Assembly (NCBI RefSeq): GCF_017876815.1
Contig: NZ_JAGIOS010000001.1
Location: 3,000,001 to 3,032,000 of the forward strand
Reading direction: 5' to 3'
Source: Sinorhizobium meliloti
GTDB lineage: Bacteria > Pseudomonadota > Alphaproteobacteria > Rhizobiales > Rhizobiaceae
Length of the DNA stretch: 32,000 nucleotides
Of the stretch, positions 1 through 7,814 are shown piece by piece. Numbering within the stretch: position 1 is the stretch's first letter; every line of letters begins with the position of its first letter. The position numbers and the translations under genes were made by a program. The notes below the pieces were generated by a model. It worked only from the letters and a program-made list of their open reading frames with translations. It ran no database searches and was not told the DNA's origin.

Positions 1-2
1 CC

Positions 3-191
3 TGCCCGGCGGATGCTTTGGCAGGCGCTACATTCGATATCGGGCGCTGCCGCGCGCATCTGAGAACCGGGGAAGGGGTGGCCGGCTGCCTTGCTCACGG
101 CTGCCTGTCGCGCGATGCCTGTCCGGTTGGGCGCGACTATCGCTATCCGGTGGGGCAGTTGCGTTTCCATATGGCGGCGATCGAGTTTTAA
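3..191 (+). CDS. 3' end of a gene entering from upstream; Cys-rich C-terminus, possibly an Fe-S protein (function not assigned)
   Basis: Frame 3 is open from the window edge to TAA 189-191. It reads CPADALAGATFDIGRCRAHLRTGEGVAGCLAHGCLSRDACPVGRDYRYPVGQLRFHMAAIEF. Two CP motifs and clustered Cys resemble cluster ligands. Not in the ORF track because it has no start in the window. Confidence 0.35.
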   Translation, partial: CPADALAGATFDIGRCRAHLRTGEGVAGCLAHGCLSRDACPVGRDYRYPVGQLRFHMAAIEF

Positions 192-264
192 TCAGAGCGC
201 GCCCACATAAATCCGCTGCAATCCATGCGATGCTACGTCGTATGATTCCCTCCGGGTCTGTTCG

Positions 265-1017
265 ATGCCGCTGTTTACAAGAGCCTTCATCGCCGGCGCC
301 GCCCTTCTATCCGCCGGTCTCGCTACACCCGCGTTCGGTGCCTGCCGCGATGTTCGCCACCTCGGCGAAACCTACCTCGCCTGCAGCTTCGACCCGGCGA
401 CGAGCGACATACGACTCTACAACAAGGACCAGGCGGGCGTGCCGTTCAGGTCCTTCAGAGCGCTGTCGCTCGAACTTCGTCGTCGCGAACAGTATCTCGT
501 CTTCGCAATGAACGGCGGCATGTACCACGAGGACCTCGCTCCGGTCGGGCTGCATGTGGAGGAGGGCGCGGAGCAGGCGCCGCTCAATACAAATCCGGGT
601 TGGGGCAACTTTCACATGCTGCCGAACGGCGTCTTTTATGTCGGCGACGGCAAGGCCGGGGTCATGGCTGCGGAGGCCTATCGCCTTGCCGGCATCGAGC
701 CGCGTTTCGCGACGCAATCCGGTCCGATGCTCGTCATCGACGGTGCGCTGCATCCCCGTTTCCTGCCGGATAGCGACAGCCTCAAGACCCGCAACGGCGT
801 CGGGGTGACGCCCAATGGCCAGGTGGTCTTCGCCGTGTCGAAACGGCCGGTGCGCTTTCACGATTTCGCGACCTTGTTTCGCGACGCGCTGGATTGCCCC
901 AATGCGCTCTTTCTGGATGGCACGATCTCGAGCCTTTATGCGCCGGAGATCAATCGGCACGACCGGCTGTTTCCGCTCGGCCCGATCATCGCTGTCGTCG
1001 CGAAGTTTCCGCGCTGA
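265..1017 (+). CDS. secreted phosphodiester glycosidase family protein (DUF2233/NAGPA-like)
   Basis: 250-aa ORF with an N-terminal signal-like segment (AGAALLSAGLATPAFGA). Family-typical blocks are FAMNGGMY, NFHMLPNGVF, QSGPMLVIDG, RNGVGV and ALFLDGTISS. Confidence 0.75.
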   Translation: MPLFTRAFIAGAALLSAGLATPAFGACRDVRHLGETYLACSFDPATSDIRLYNKDQAGVPFRSFRALSLELRRREQYLVFAMNGGMYHEDLAPVGLHVEEGAEQAPLNTNPGWGNFHMLPNGVFYVGDGKAGVMAAEAYRLAGIEPRFATQSGPMLVIDGALHPRFLPDSDSLKTRNGVGVTPNGQVVFAVSKRPVRFHDFATLFRDALDCPNALFLDGTISSLYAPEINRHDRLFPLGPIIAVVAKFPR

Positions 1018-1081
1018 CTTGCGATCGGATGTATTATAAGTCTAATATTGACAAAATATACAAATCCCGTCAGATGCCTGC

Positions 1082-1720
1082 ATGAAGACTGAACCCATCA
1101 TCCCCCAGAGTCTCGCGATCCACGCGCCGTCAGCCGCGGCGATTAATGCGCTGCTCTATCCCCATGCCGAGATCGTCCTGCACGATCTTGCGAGCGGGCG
1201 GATCGCCGCGATCTGGAATGCTTTTTCCGGCCGGGGCGTGGGCTTGGTATCGCTCATCGAGGATGGCCTCGGGGACATCGTTGAGGGCGCCTCCGTGCTT
1301 GGGCCCTACGAAAAGACGGGTGCGGATGGGCGGCGGCTGAAATCCGTATCCGCGGTGCTGCGCGACGGCGAAGAACGTGCCGTCGGGTTGCTCTGCATCA
1401 ATCTCGATGTTTCCCGTATCGACGACGCCGTGAGGCTGCTCGCGGCCTTTGCCGGCACGCCGGAACGACGGCCGCAGGCATTGTTTTCGCGCGACTGGCG
1501 CGAGGAGATCAATGCAGCGCTGCACGCTTGGCTAAAGGTGAGGGGCCTTGCGCTTTCCGCCTTGAAGCGCCCGGATCGCGTGGCCCTGGTTGCGGCACTC
1601 GAAGAGCAGGGGCTCTTCAAGACCCGCAACGCCGTCGACCATCTGGCAAGCCTGATCGGCACCTCGCGCGCATCCATCTACAACTATCTCTCAGCCGCGC
1701 GCGACGAAGGCGCCGCCTGA
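1082..1720 (+). CDS. YheO/DauR-like transcriptional regulator (PAS-like sensor plus C-terminal HTH)
   Basis: 212 aa. The N-terminal part matches the YheO-like PAS pattern (YPHAEIVLHDL, GLLCINLDVS). The C-terminal HTH is VDHLASLIGTSRASIYNYL. The gene lies 38 nt upstream of the aminotransferase, as an apparent operon. Confidence 0.8.
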   Translation: MKTEPIIPQSLAIHAPSAAAINALLYPHAEIVLHDLASGRIAAIWNAFSGRGVGLVSLIEDGLGDIVEGASVLGPYEKTGADGRRLKSVSAVLRDGEERAVGLLCINLDVSRIDDAVRLLAAFAGTPERRPQALFSRDWREEINAALHAWLKVRGLALSALKRPDRVALVAALEEQGLFKTRNAVDHLASLIGTSRASIYNYLSAARDEGAA

Positions 1721-1758
1721 ATGAGCACCGAGCCTCGCCTTCAAAGGGAAGAACGACC

Positions 1759-2901
1759 ATGACGACCTTGCCGGCCTTCCGCCTCGAGACGCATTTCTCG
1801 CGCTGGGAGTTCACGGCGCGCCACCACATGACCGCGAGCGACAGCGAAACCATGTCGATGGCCGAACTTCTTTCGCTTGCCGACGAGGCCGATCGCGACG
1901 CGTGGGAGCGGCTGACGCTCGGCTATACGGAGACCCATGGCGCTCCGGCGCTCCGCAAGGCGATCGCCGCGACCTACGAAGGGCTTGAGCCGGAAGATAT
2001 CCTCTGCTTCGCCGGTGCCGAGGAGGGGCTCTACTGCGCCATGCTGGCTCTGCTCGGTCCCGAGGACCATGCCATCGTCACCGTGCCGAATTACCAGTCG
2101 ATGGAAACCCTTCCGGTCACGATCGCCGCCTCGGTAAGCGGTGTTGCACTCCGTCCCGAGAACAATTGGCAGCTCGATATCGCCGATGTCCAGTCGGCGC
2201 TGCAGCCGAATACGAAGCTGATCGCGGTCAATTTCCCCAATAACCCGACGGGCGCTGTCGCCGAGCCGTCGGTCTTTCGCGCGCTCGCGGCACTCTGCGC
2301 CGAGCGCGGCATTCATCTTTTCAGCGATGAGGTCTATCGAGGGCTGGAGCGCGACGAGGAGAAGCGCCTGCCGCAGGCGGCCGAACTCTTCGACCGCGGT
2401 ATTTCGCTCAACGTCATGTCCAAGGCCTATGGCCTTCCGGGGCTTCGGATCGGCTGGATCGCCTGCCGCGATCACGCGCTTCTCCAGCGCATGGAAGGCA
2501 TGAAACACTACCTTTCCATATGCAATTCCCGGCCATCGGAGGTGCTGGCGACGATCGCGCTGAAATCCCGCCATCGGATACTCGAACGCAATCGCGCACT
2601 CTGCACGCGAAATCTCGAAAAACTCGGCGCCTTCTTCGCCGAGTTTGCCGATCTCTACGAGTGGCAGGCGCCGGACGGCGGCTGCGTCGGCTTCGCCCGC
2701 TATCACGGGCCGGGCAGTGTGGAGGAACATTGCCGGCGCCTTGTCGAGGAATCAGGCGTGCTGTTGCTTCCTTCAAGCCTTTTTGTCTCCGATCTGCTGC
2801 CGGTCGCGCAGGATCGCTTCCGCGTCGGATTCGGCCGTAGGAACATCGAAGAAGGGCTCGAAGCCTGGCGCAATCATCTGCGACGGGCGCGCGTGAGGTG
2901 A
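1759..2901 (+). CDS. class I/II-fold PLP-dependent aminotransferase
   Basis: The track ORF 1528-2901 was trimmed to ATG 1759, preceded by AAGGGA at 1744-1749. The upstream 77 codons are Arg/Pro-rich and overlap the regulator gene. PLP-lysine context is NVMSKAYGLPGLRIGW, with NFPNNPTG also present. Confidence 0.85.
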   Translation: MTTLPAFRLETHFSRWEFTARHHMTASDSETMSMAELLSLADEADRDAWERLTLGYTETHGAPALRKAIAATYEGLEPEDILCFAGAEEGLYCAMLALLGPEDHAIVTVPNYQSMETLPVTIAASVSGVALRPENNWQLDIADVQSALQPNTKLIAVNFPNNPTGAVAEPSVFRALAALCAERGIHLFSDEVYRGLERDEEKRLPQAAELFDRGISLNVMSKAYGLPGLRIGWIACRDHALLQRMEGMKHYLSICNSRPSEVLATIALKSRHRILERNRALCTRNLEKLGAFFAEFADLYEWQAPDGGCVGFARYHGPGSVEEHCRRLVEESGVLLLPSSLFVSDLLPVAQDRFRVGFGRRNIEEGLEAWRNHLRRARVR

Positions 2902-2973
2902 TCGGCGGGGTGGCGCCGGCCGATTGCACATGTTAACGACGCGCCGACCTCACGGAAGTACCTGCCTCGCATT

Positions 2974-3070
2974 ATGCATTATAGACCCGAGATCGACGGG
3001 CTGCGCGCCGTCGCCGTAATCCCCGTCCTGCTGTTTCACGCCGGCTTTATCTCCGGCGGTTTCGCGGGAG
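2974..3070 (+). pseudogene. N-terminal remnant of an acyltransferase family 3 (OafA-like) gene
   Basis: MHYRPEIDGLRAVAVIPVLLFHAGFISGGFAGV is the canonical start of acyltransferase-3 proteins (YRPEIDGLRA..., FHAG, GGF.GVD). After about codon 32 the reading becomes Arg-rich nonsense and stops at 3198. No other frame continues the family. Confidence 0.55.
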
Positions 3071-3196
3071 TCGGAGCGCGGTCGGTTCGGGGCACCTTTG
3101 CACGGGATTTGCGATCTCGAAAAGCTTGCTTTCGTGAGCGCCAGCGCCGTCCCGGCGGCGCACATGCGCACTCACTCTGGTCCCGTAAAATAGGAT

Positions 3197-3220
3197 AGCT
3201 CCGGCTTTGCCGCCGGAGCT
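3197..3220 (-). terminator. intrinsic terminator-like hairpin downstream of bmt
   Basis: AGCTCCGGC-TTTGCC-GCCGGAGCT gives a perfect 9-bp stem, 15 nt after the bmt stop. On the minus strand it is followed by AUCCUAUUUUAC. Confidence 0.55.
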
Positions 3221-3235
3221 GCCGCAAGCATTACC

Positions 3236-4249
3236 TTACGCGCGCCGACGGCGCTCTCGGGCCGGGGCGGCGGGGCCTTCATTTGCCGATTTGTTGCGCA
3301 ACGGTCCGATCTTCTCGACGATCGTTTCGAGCGTGGGGCGCTCGCCCCTGGTGTGATTGTCGATCGCAAGCCGCATTGCGGCCAGATGGTTGCAGGAGGT
3401 GCCGCAACAGCCGCCGATGATCTTGGCACCGGCATCGACGGCCAGCCGGGCATATTCCGCCATCAGCGGCGGAGTCCCGGAATAATGGATCTCCGAGCCG
3501 CGGAATTCGGGAATGCCGCAATTGCCCTTGACGACGATCGTAGCCTCTGGGCTTGCAGCCGTCATGTCGAGCAGCGAGGAAAGAATGTCCGACGCCCCGA
3601 CGCCGCAATTCGCGCCGACGGCAACCGGACCTTCGCCGATATCAGCGGCGACGCCGTGAATGTCTTTCGGGTGCAGGCCCATCATCGTCTTGCCGGCGGT
3701 GTCGAAGGAGCCGGTGTAGACATAAGGGAGGCCGACCTTCGCCGCGGCTTCGGCGGCCGCACGAATTTCGTCCGGAGAGGACATGGTCTCGATCCAGGCG
3801 ACCTCCGCGCCGCCGGCTTTCAGGCCCTCGATCTGTTCGACAAAGGCCGCGACCGCGTCCTCATAGGAGAGGGCGCCGAGCGGTATCAGCAGTTCGCCCG
3901 TTGGGCCGACGGACCCGGCCGTAATGACTTTTCGCGGAGCCTTGTCGGCGACGGCGCGCGCGATTTCTGCCGCCCGCTTGTTGAGCTGGTGGACCCGGTC
4001 TTCGGCCTGGTGAAGCTTCAGCCGGTGGCGTGTGCCGCCAAAGGAATTGGTGAGAATGATGTCGGCACCGGCATCCACGAAGTCCTGATGCAGCTTGGTG
4101 ATGTTGTCCGGCTTGGTCTCGTTCCAGATCTCCGGCGCCTCGCCCGCTTCAAGCCCCATGGCGAAGAGCGACGTGCCTGTGGCTCCATCGGCAAGCAGGA
4201 CGCCCTTCTGGGCGAGGAGATCGGAAAGGGCATGGGCTGCAACGGACAT
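3236..4249 (-). CDS. bmt: homocysteine S-methyltransferase family protein, betaine-homocysteine methyltransferase type
   Basis: The track ORF was trimmed to ATG 4249 (MSVAAHALSDLLAQKGVLLADGATGTSLF). Pfam S-methyl_trans pattern is present: ILTNSFGG, and the zinc-ligand motifs GANCG and GGCCGTS. It neighbours betaine-type ABC genes. The symbol rests on family plus context, not on a search. Confidence 0.8.
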   Translation of the reverse strand: MSVAAHALSDLLAQKGVLLADGATGTSLFAMGLEAGEAPEIWNETKPDNITKLHQDFVDAGADIILTNSFGGTRHRLKLHQAEDRVHQLNKRAAEIARAVADKAPRKVITAGSVGPTGELLIPLGALSYEDAVAAFVEQIEGLKAGGAEVAWIETMSSPDEIRAAAEAAAKVGLPYVYTGSFDTAGKTMMGLHPKDIHGVAADIGEGPVAVGANCGVGASDILSSLLDMTAASPEATIVVKGNCGIPEFRGSEIHYSGTPPLMAEYARLAVDAGAKIIGGCCGTSCNHLAAMRLAIDNHTRGERPTLETIVEKIGPLRNKSANEGPAAPARERRRRA

Positions 4250-4284
4250 CGGATTTTCCCGGCTGAATGGAATTGCAATAAGAT

Positions 4285-4300
4285 ATAAAGATATCTTTAT
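4285..4300. promoter_or_regulatory. perfect 16-bp AT-rich palindrome in the bmt upstream region (candidate operator)
   Basis: ATAAAGAT|ATCTTTAT lies 36 nt upstream of the bmt start in a 75-bp AT-rich gap. It is flanked by direct GAATTGCA copies at 4270-4277 and 4313-4320. Confidence 0.4.
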
Positions 4301-4324
4301 GTGTTGGCAACAGAATTGCACAGA

Positions 4325-5173
4325 TCAACGCGGCAATTCGTCCGCAAGCAGCGCGGCAAGGTCGGCTGCGGGCTTATCCGCCCGGGCGTGCAGACGCAGG
4401 CTGAATTCCGCCGGCGGCAGGGATGGCAAGCCGAGATGGGCAGGAGCGCGCTCGATGCCAGTGCCGAGAAATCGTCCCGTCCGGGTGGTAACGGCGATGC
4501 TGCTCAAGACAGCCGCGCGTAAGCCCGACAGGCTGGGGCTCGTTGCCGCGATCCGAAAGCGGCGGCCGGTTCTCTCTAGGGCCGATATGGCGGCGGCGCG
4601 GAAGCCGCAAGGTGGGTCGAGCACGGCGAGGGGTAGCTCCTCTTCGTCCGTTGCCAAGCCCCTGTCGGAGCAGAGCCAAAGCATCTGTTCGCCGAGCACA
4701 AGCAATTCGTCATCTGCAGCCGCCTGTCGCATGGCAAGAAGAATGTCGATCTGGCCCTGATCGAAGTCGGCCGTCAATTCTTTCGACCTGCCGATCCTCA
4801 AATCCAGGCGAATGCGCGGATGGGAGCGCGCGAAGCGGCGCAGCAATCCGGGCAGCATCGTATCGGCAAAGTCCTGAGTGCTGCCGAGGGAGATCCGTCC
4901 ATCGGCGCGCGCGCCCCTGAGGCTGAGCCAGGCGTCGCGATGCGCATCCAAAATGCGCCGGGCATGCGCGGCGAGTTCCTCTCCCACGGGCGTGAGCACA
5001 CGTCCGCGCCCGGCGGGCGCAAGAAGGCGCTCGCCGATCAGCGCTTCCAACCGCTGCATTTGCGCCGTCACGGCGGAGGGCGAACGGTTGACGGCCATTG
5101 CCGCTCTTGCAAGCGAACCGCCTTCGGCGAATGCGAGAAAAGTGCGCAGCAGTTCGGGATCGATCGGATTCAT
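4325..5173 (-). CDS. LysR family transcriptional regulator
   Basis: 282 aa. N-terminal wHTH is LRTFLAFAEGGSLARAAMAVNRSPSAVTAQMQRLE, followed by a LysR substrate-binding-type C-terminal domain. It is divergent from the tautomerase gene. Confidence 0.9.
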   Translation of the reverse strand: MNPIDPELLRTFLAFAEGGSLARAAMAVNRSPSAVTAQMQRLEALIGERLLAPAGRGRVLTPVGEELAAHARRILDAHRDAWLSLRGARADGRISLGSTQDFADTMLPGLLRRFARSHPRIRLDLRIGRSKELTADFDQGQIDILLAMRQAAADDELLVLGEQMLWLCSDRGLATDEEELPLAVLDPPCGFRAAAISALERTGRRFRIAATSPSLSGLRAAVLSSIAVTTRTGRFLGTGIERAPAHLGLPSLPPAEFSLRLHARADKPAADLAALLADELPR

Positions 5174-5174
5174 A

Positions 5175-5191
5175 CTTCAGTTTTACAGAAG
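5175..5191. promoter_or_regulatory. LysR-type T-N11-A dyad
   Basis: CTTC-AGTTTTACA-GAAG lies immediately upstream of the LysR start, in the 100-bp divergent region shared with the tautomerase gene. Confidence 0.35.
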
Positions 5192-5273
5192 TATTCCTGC
5201 AAAACAATTCGATTTTTTTGATGTGGCAGCGGTGGCAAATTGAAGAGGTGTTATTTCGAGAAAGGAACCTGTG

Positions 5274-5681
5274 ATGCCCATCATCAACATCAGCGTTACC
5301 GGACAGCCGGAGCCGGAGCTTTCGGCGAAAGTAGCGGCAAAGGTAAGCGACCTCACTCAGTCGCATCTTCGCAAGGACCCCTCGGTGACGGCGGTCGTCG
5401 TCAGCTATGTCGATCCGCGGCATTGGTTCGCGGGCGGAAAATCGCTCGCATCGCAGCAGGCCAGCAGTTTCTGGCTCGACATCAAGGTTGTCGACGGCAC
5501 CAATACCAAACAGGAACTTGGCGCCTATATCGAAGCGATCTTTGCGTCCTTCGAGGATATTCTCGGGACTGTCCATCCCGAAAGCTACGTGCTCGTGCAT
5601 GAGGTACCGGCGGCAGCCTATGGCTATGGAGGCAAGACGCAGGAGTTCAGATACATCAGCGGAAGGCTGGCGGTCACTTAA
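5274..5681 (+). CDS. tautomerase superfamily protein (long, about 135-aa form) with Pro at position 2
   Basis: MPIINISV... places the catalytic-type Pro1 after Met removal. GAAAGGA at 5259-5265 precedes ATG 5274 (the track starts one codon earlier, at GTG 5271). Confidence 0.75.
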   Translation: MPIINISVTGQPEPELSAKVAAKVSDLTQSHLRKDPSVTAVVVSYVDPRHWFAGGKSLASQQASSFWLDIKVVDGTNTKQELGAYIEAIFASFEDILGTVHPESYVLVHEVPAAAYGYGGKTQEFRYISGRLAVT

Positions 5682-5746
5682 ATATCACCTGTCGAGCGCG
5701 CGCGGCGCTGTAGCAGAAGGTCGACCGCACCGATCGAGCATCCGTT

Positions 5747-6090
5747 TCAATGACTCTCGACTGGTTTGGATGCCGCCAGGGCGGCCAGCCGCCGAGGCAG
5801 GTTCGTGCGGGCGTGCAGGAAATCGACGATGATTACCTGCTCGGCATTGTCGACAAACACGATGAAGTGCTGGCCGCAGCGGGCAAACCGCAAATCTTCG
5901 GGCAGTTCTGAACTGATGATGCGGCGGCAATCCTGCGACGGCACCGTTCCCGCCGCGATCCCGGCGCAGCGAGCGATCAAATCCTCTTTATAACCCGCAG
6001 CCTGCTCGGTCCGAAGTTTTCAACTGTCCAGCGGGCGATAACGGTCAACGACGTTTCCGCGGATCGGGTCAGTCGCCAGGATTTCGGCAT
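5747..6090 (-). pseudogene. parE: ParE/RelE-family toxin gene interrupted by a frameshift
   Basis: ATG 6090 overlaps the parD stop (ATGA). Frame A reads MPKSWRLTRSAETSLTVIARWTVENFGP, then SRLRVIKRI and a stop at 5977-5979. The family continues in the -1 frame: EQAAGYKEDLIARCAGIAAG...HFIVFVDNAEQVIIVDFLHARTNL, ending at 5747. The break maps to about 6003-6009. Confidence 0.7.
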
Positions 6091-6347
6091 CAGGAGGCTG
6101 CATGCGCTGCCGCGAAAGCACGGCGGATCGCCTCTTCGCCCGTACCTTCGGCTAGATCGCCGCGACGGGCCTCATCGAGTCCCGTGCTCAGCCTTGCCCG
6201 CAAATCGTCCAGCTCGGCCTCTTCCCGTTCGAGCAGCCGCAACCCGGCACGCAAGACCTCCGAGGCATTTTGATAGCGCCCGGAGGCGACCAACCGTTCA
6301 AGCAGCGCTGATTGTGCGTCAGTCAGAACGACGTTTCGAGTAGCCAT
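6090..6347 (-). CDS. parD: ParD-family (CC2985/COG3609-type) antitoxin
   Basis: MATRNVVLTDAQSALLERLVASGRYQNASEVLRAGLRLLEREE is the classic ribbon-helix-helix ParD pattern. AGGAAG lies 6 nt upstream of ATG 6347. Confidence 0.85.
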   Translation of the reverse strand: MATRNVVLTDAQSALLERLVASGRYQNASEVLRAGLRLLEREEAELDDLRARLSTGLDEARRGDLAEGTGEEAIRRAFAAAHAAS

Positions 6348-6368
6348 GCACATCTTCCTAAAAGCGAC

Positions 6369-6383
6369 TGGCAATATATGCCA
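6369..6383. promoter_or_regulatory. TGGCA-N5-TGCCA dyad in the parD promoter (candidate autorepression operator)
   Basis: TGGCAATATATGCCA lies 22-36 nt upstream of the parD start. The AT-rich centre resembles a -10 element on the minus strand. Confidence 0.45.
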
Positions 6384-6519
6384 TTAAATCGAAGCTGTCG
6401 ACAGCGATCGGCCTGGATACGGTGAGATGCGCGGCCTGCCGGCAGCTCACCGTCGCGGAAGACGCAGAAGCAACGACACGGTCAGCGGCAAACCGGCCAG
6501 CCGAATATCCCCCGAACGA

Positions 6520-6537
6520 GGGCGCCCATGGGCGCCC
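6520..6537 (-). terminator. GC-rich palindromic hairpin just downstream of proV
   Basis: GGGCGCCCA|TGGGCGCCC is a perfect 18-nt palindrome, 11 nt after the proV stop. The U-tract on the minus strand is weak. Confidence 0.4.
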
Positions 6538-6548
6538 CTCAATGCGAA

Positions 6549-7595
6549 TCAAGCCGCCTGCCGGTCGGTATGCTGCACGGGCGTCACCATGGCGGAGATG
6601 ATCATCTGCAGGTCGATCGCACCGATCGGGCGGCCATTGGCGTCGACGACATGCGCATTGCTTATTTGCGCGCCGGTCATGGTGCGGGCGGCGGCTTCGA
6701 GCACGGTGCCTGCGGCGAGCGGCAGGCCTTCCGGATTGCCGGACAGCGGCCGCATGATCGTTTCCACGTTGACCACCCGCCCGCGGTTCACTTCCTTCAC
6801 AAAGGCCGTGATGTAGTCGTCGGCCGGCGAGAGCACGATTTCCTGGCCGGTTCCCTGCTGCACGACGCGGCCGTCGCGCAGGATGGCGATCTTGTCGCCG
6901 AGCCTCAGGGCCTCGTCGAGATCGTGGGTGATGAACACCACCGTCTTCTTCAACTCCTTCTGCAGTTCGAGCAGCACCGACTGCATGTCGACGCGTATCA
7001 GCGGATCGAGTGCCGAATAGGCTTCGTCCATCAGCAGTATGTCGGCGTCGTTTGTAAGTGCGCGGGCAAGGCCGACGCGCTGCTGCATGCCGCCGGAAAG
7101 CTGGTTCGGATAGTGCTTTTCGAAGCCTTGAAGGCCGACGCGCTCGATCCAGCCAAGCGCACGCTTCTCGCTCTCGCGCCGGTCCACGCCTTGGATCTCC
7201 AGACCGTAGATGGTGTTCTCGAGAACCGTGCGATGCGGCAGCAGTGCAAATTTCTGAAAGACCATCGCCGTCTTGTGGCGGCGGAATGCGCGAAGGTCGT
7301 TCTCGTTCATCTTGCAGACGTCGACGCCGTCGTAGAGGACTTCGCCGGAGGTCGGATCGATCAGCCGGTTGATGTGCCGGATCAGCGTCGATTTGCCGGA
7401 CCCCGAGAGCCCCATCACGACCGTTATGCAGCCGCCAGGCATGGAAATGTTGATGTCCTGCAGTCCGAGCACGTGGCCGTGCTTTTCGTTGAGTTCGGCC
7501 TTACCCATCCCGTTCTCGACGAGCTTGACGTAATCCTCCCCGCGCGGGCCGAAAATCTTGTAGAGGTTCTTCACCTCGATTGCGTGACTAGCCAT
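6549..7595 (-). CDS. proV: glycine betaine/proline-type (quaternary amine) ABC transporter ATP-binding protein with C-terminal CBS region
   Basis: Walker A is GLSGSGKST, the signature is LSGGMQQRVGLARAL and Walker B is ILLMDEAYSALD. The ProV-typical N-terminus is NLYKIFG, followed by a CBS-like tail. ATG 7595 is preceded by GGGGAAAGG (the track start 7601 is a TTG). Confidence 0.9.
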   Translation of the reverse strand: MASHAIEVKNLYKIFGPRGEDYVKLVENGMGKAELNEKHGHVLGLQDINISMPGGCITVVMGLSGSGKSTLIRHINRLIDPTSGEVLYDGVDVCKMNENDLRAFRRHKTAMVFQKFALLPHRTVLENTIYGLEIQGVDRRESEKRALGWIERVGLQGFEKHYPNQLSGGMQQRVGLARALTNDADILLMDEAYSALDPLIRVDMQSVLLELQKELKKTVVFITHDLDEALRLGDKIAILRDGRVVQQGTGQEIVLSPADDYITAFVKEVNRGRVVNVETIMRPLSGNPEGLPLAAGTVLEAAARTMTGAQISNAHVVDANGRPIGAIDLQMIISAMVTPVQHTDRQAA

Positions 7596-7814
7596 GGACA
7601 ACCTTTCCCCTTCTCTTGGCTTGGAGCTTTTACGCCGACTGCGTTTTCGCGGCGCTTGCCGCTCCTTGCATCAGAACTGTGACAGCGGAAGACGCGGACC
7701 GCTTTACTGTTTGCGACGCAGGCGCGGCTCGTGCGTCGCGCATCAGGCAGCCGCATCCTCGAAGGGGCACCGGAATCGATCACGTTCACGACTTCAGGCC
7801 GATCCGACCGACAA

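Noticed and set aside
1045-1059. ATATT-N5-AATAT dyad containing TTGACA in the AT-rich gap upstream of the YheO-type regulator
   Set aside because: There is no acceptable -10 box at the right spacing, and the dyad is short and AT-only. It may be an operator, but the sequence alone does not support a call.
7596-7814. Possible remnant of a ProW permease gene between proX and proV
   Set aside because: No frame of the 219-bp gap gives hydrophobic or ProW-like sequence. Only small hairpins are present.
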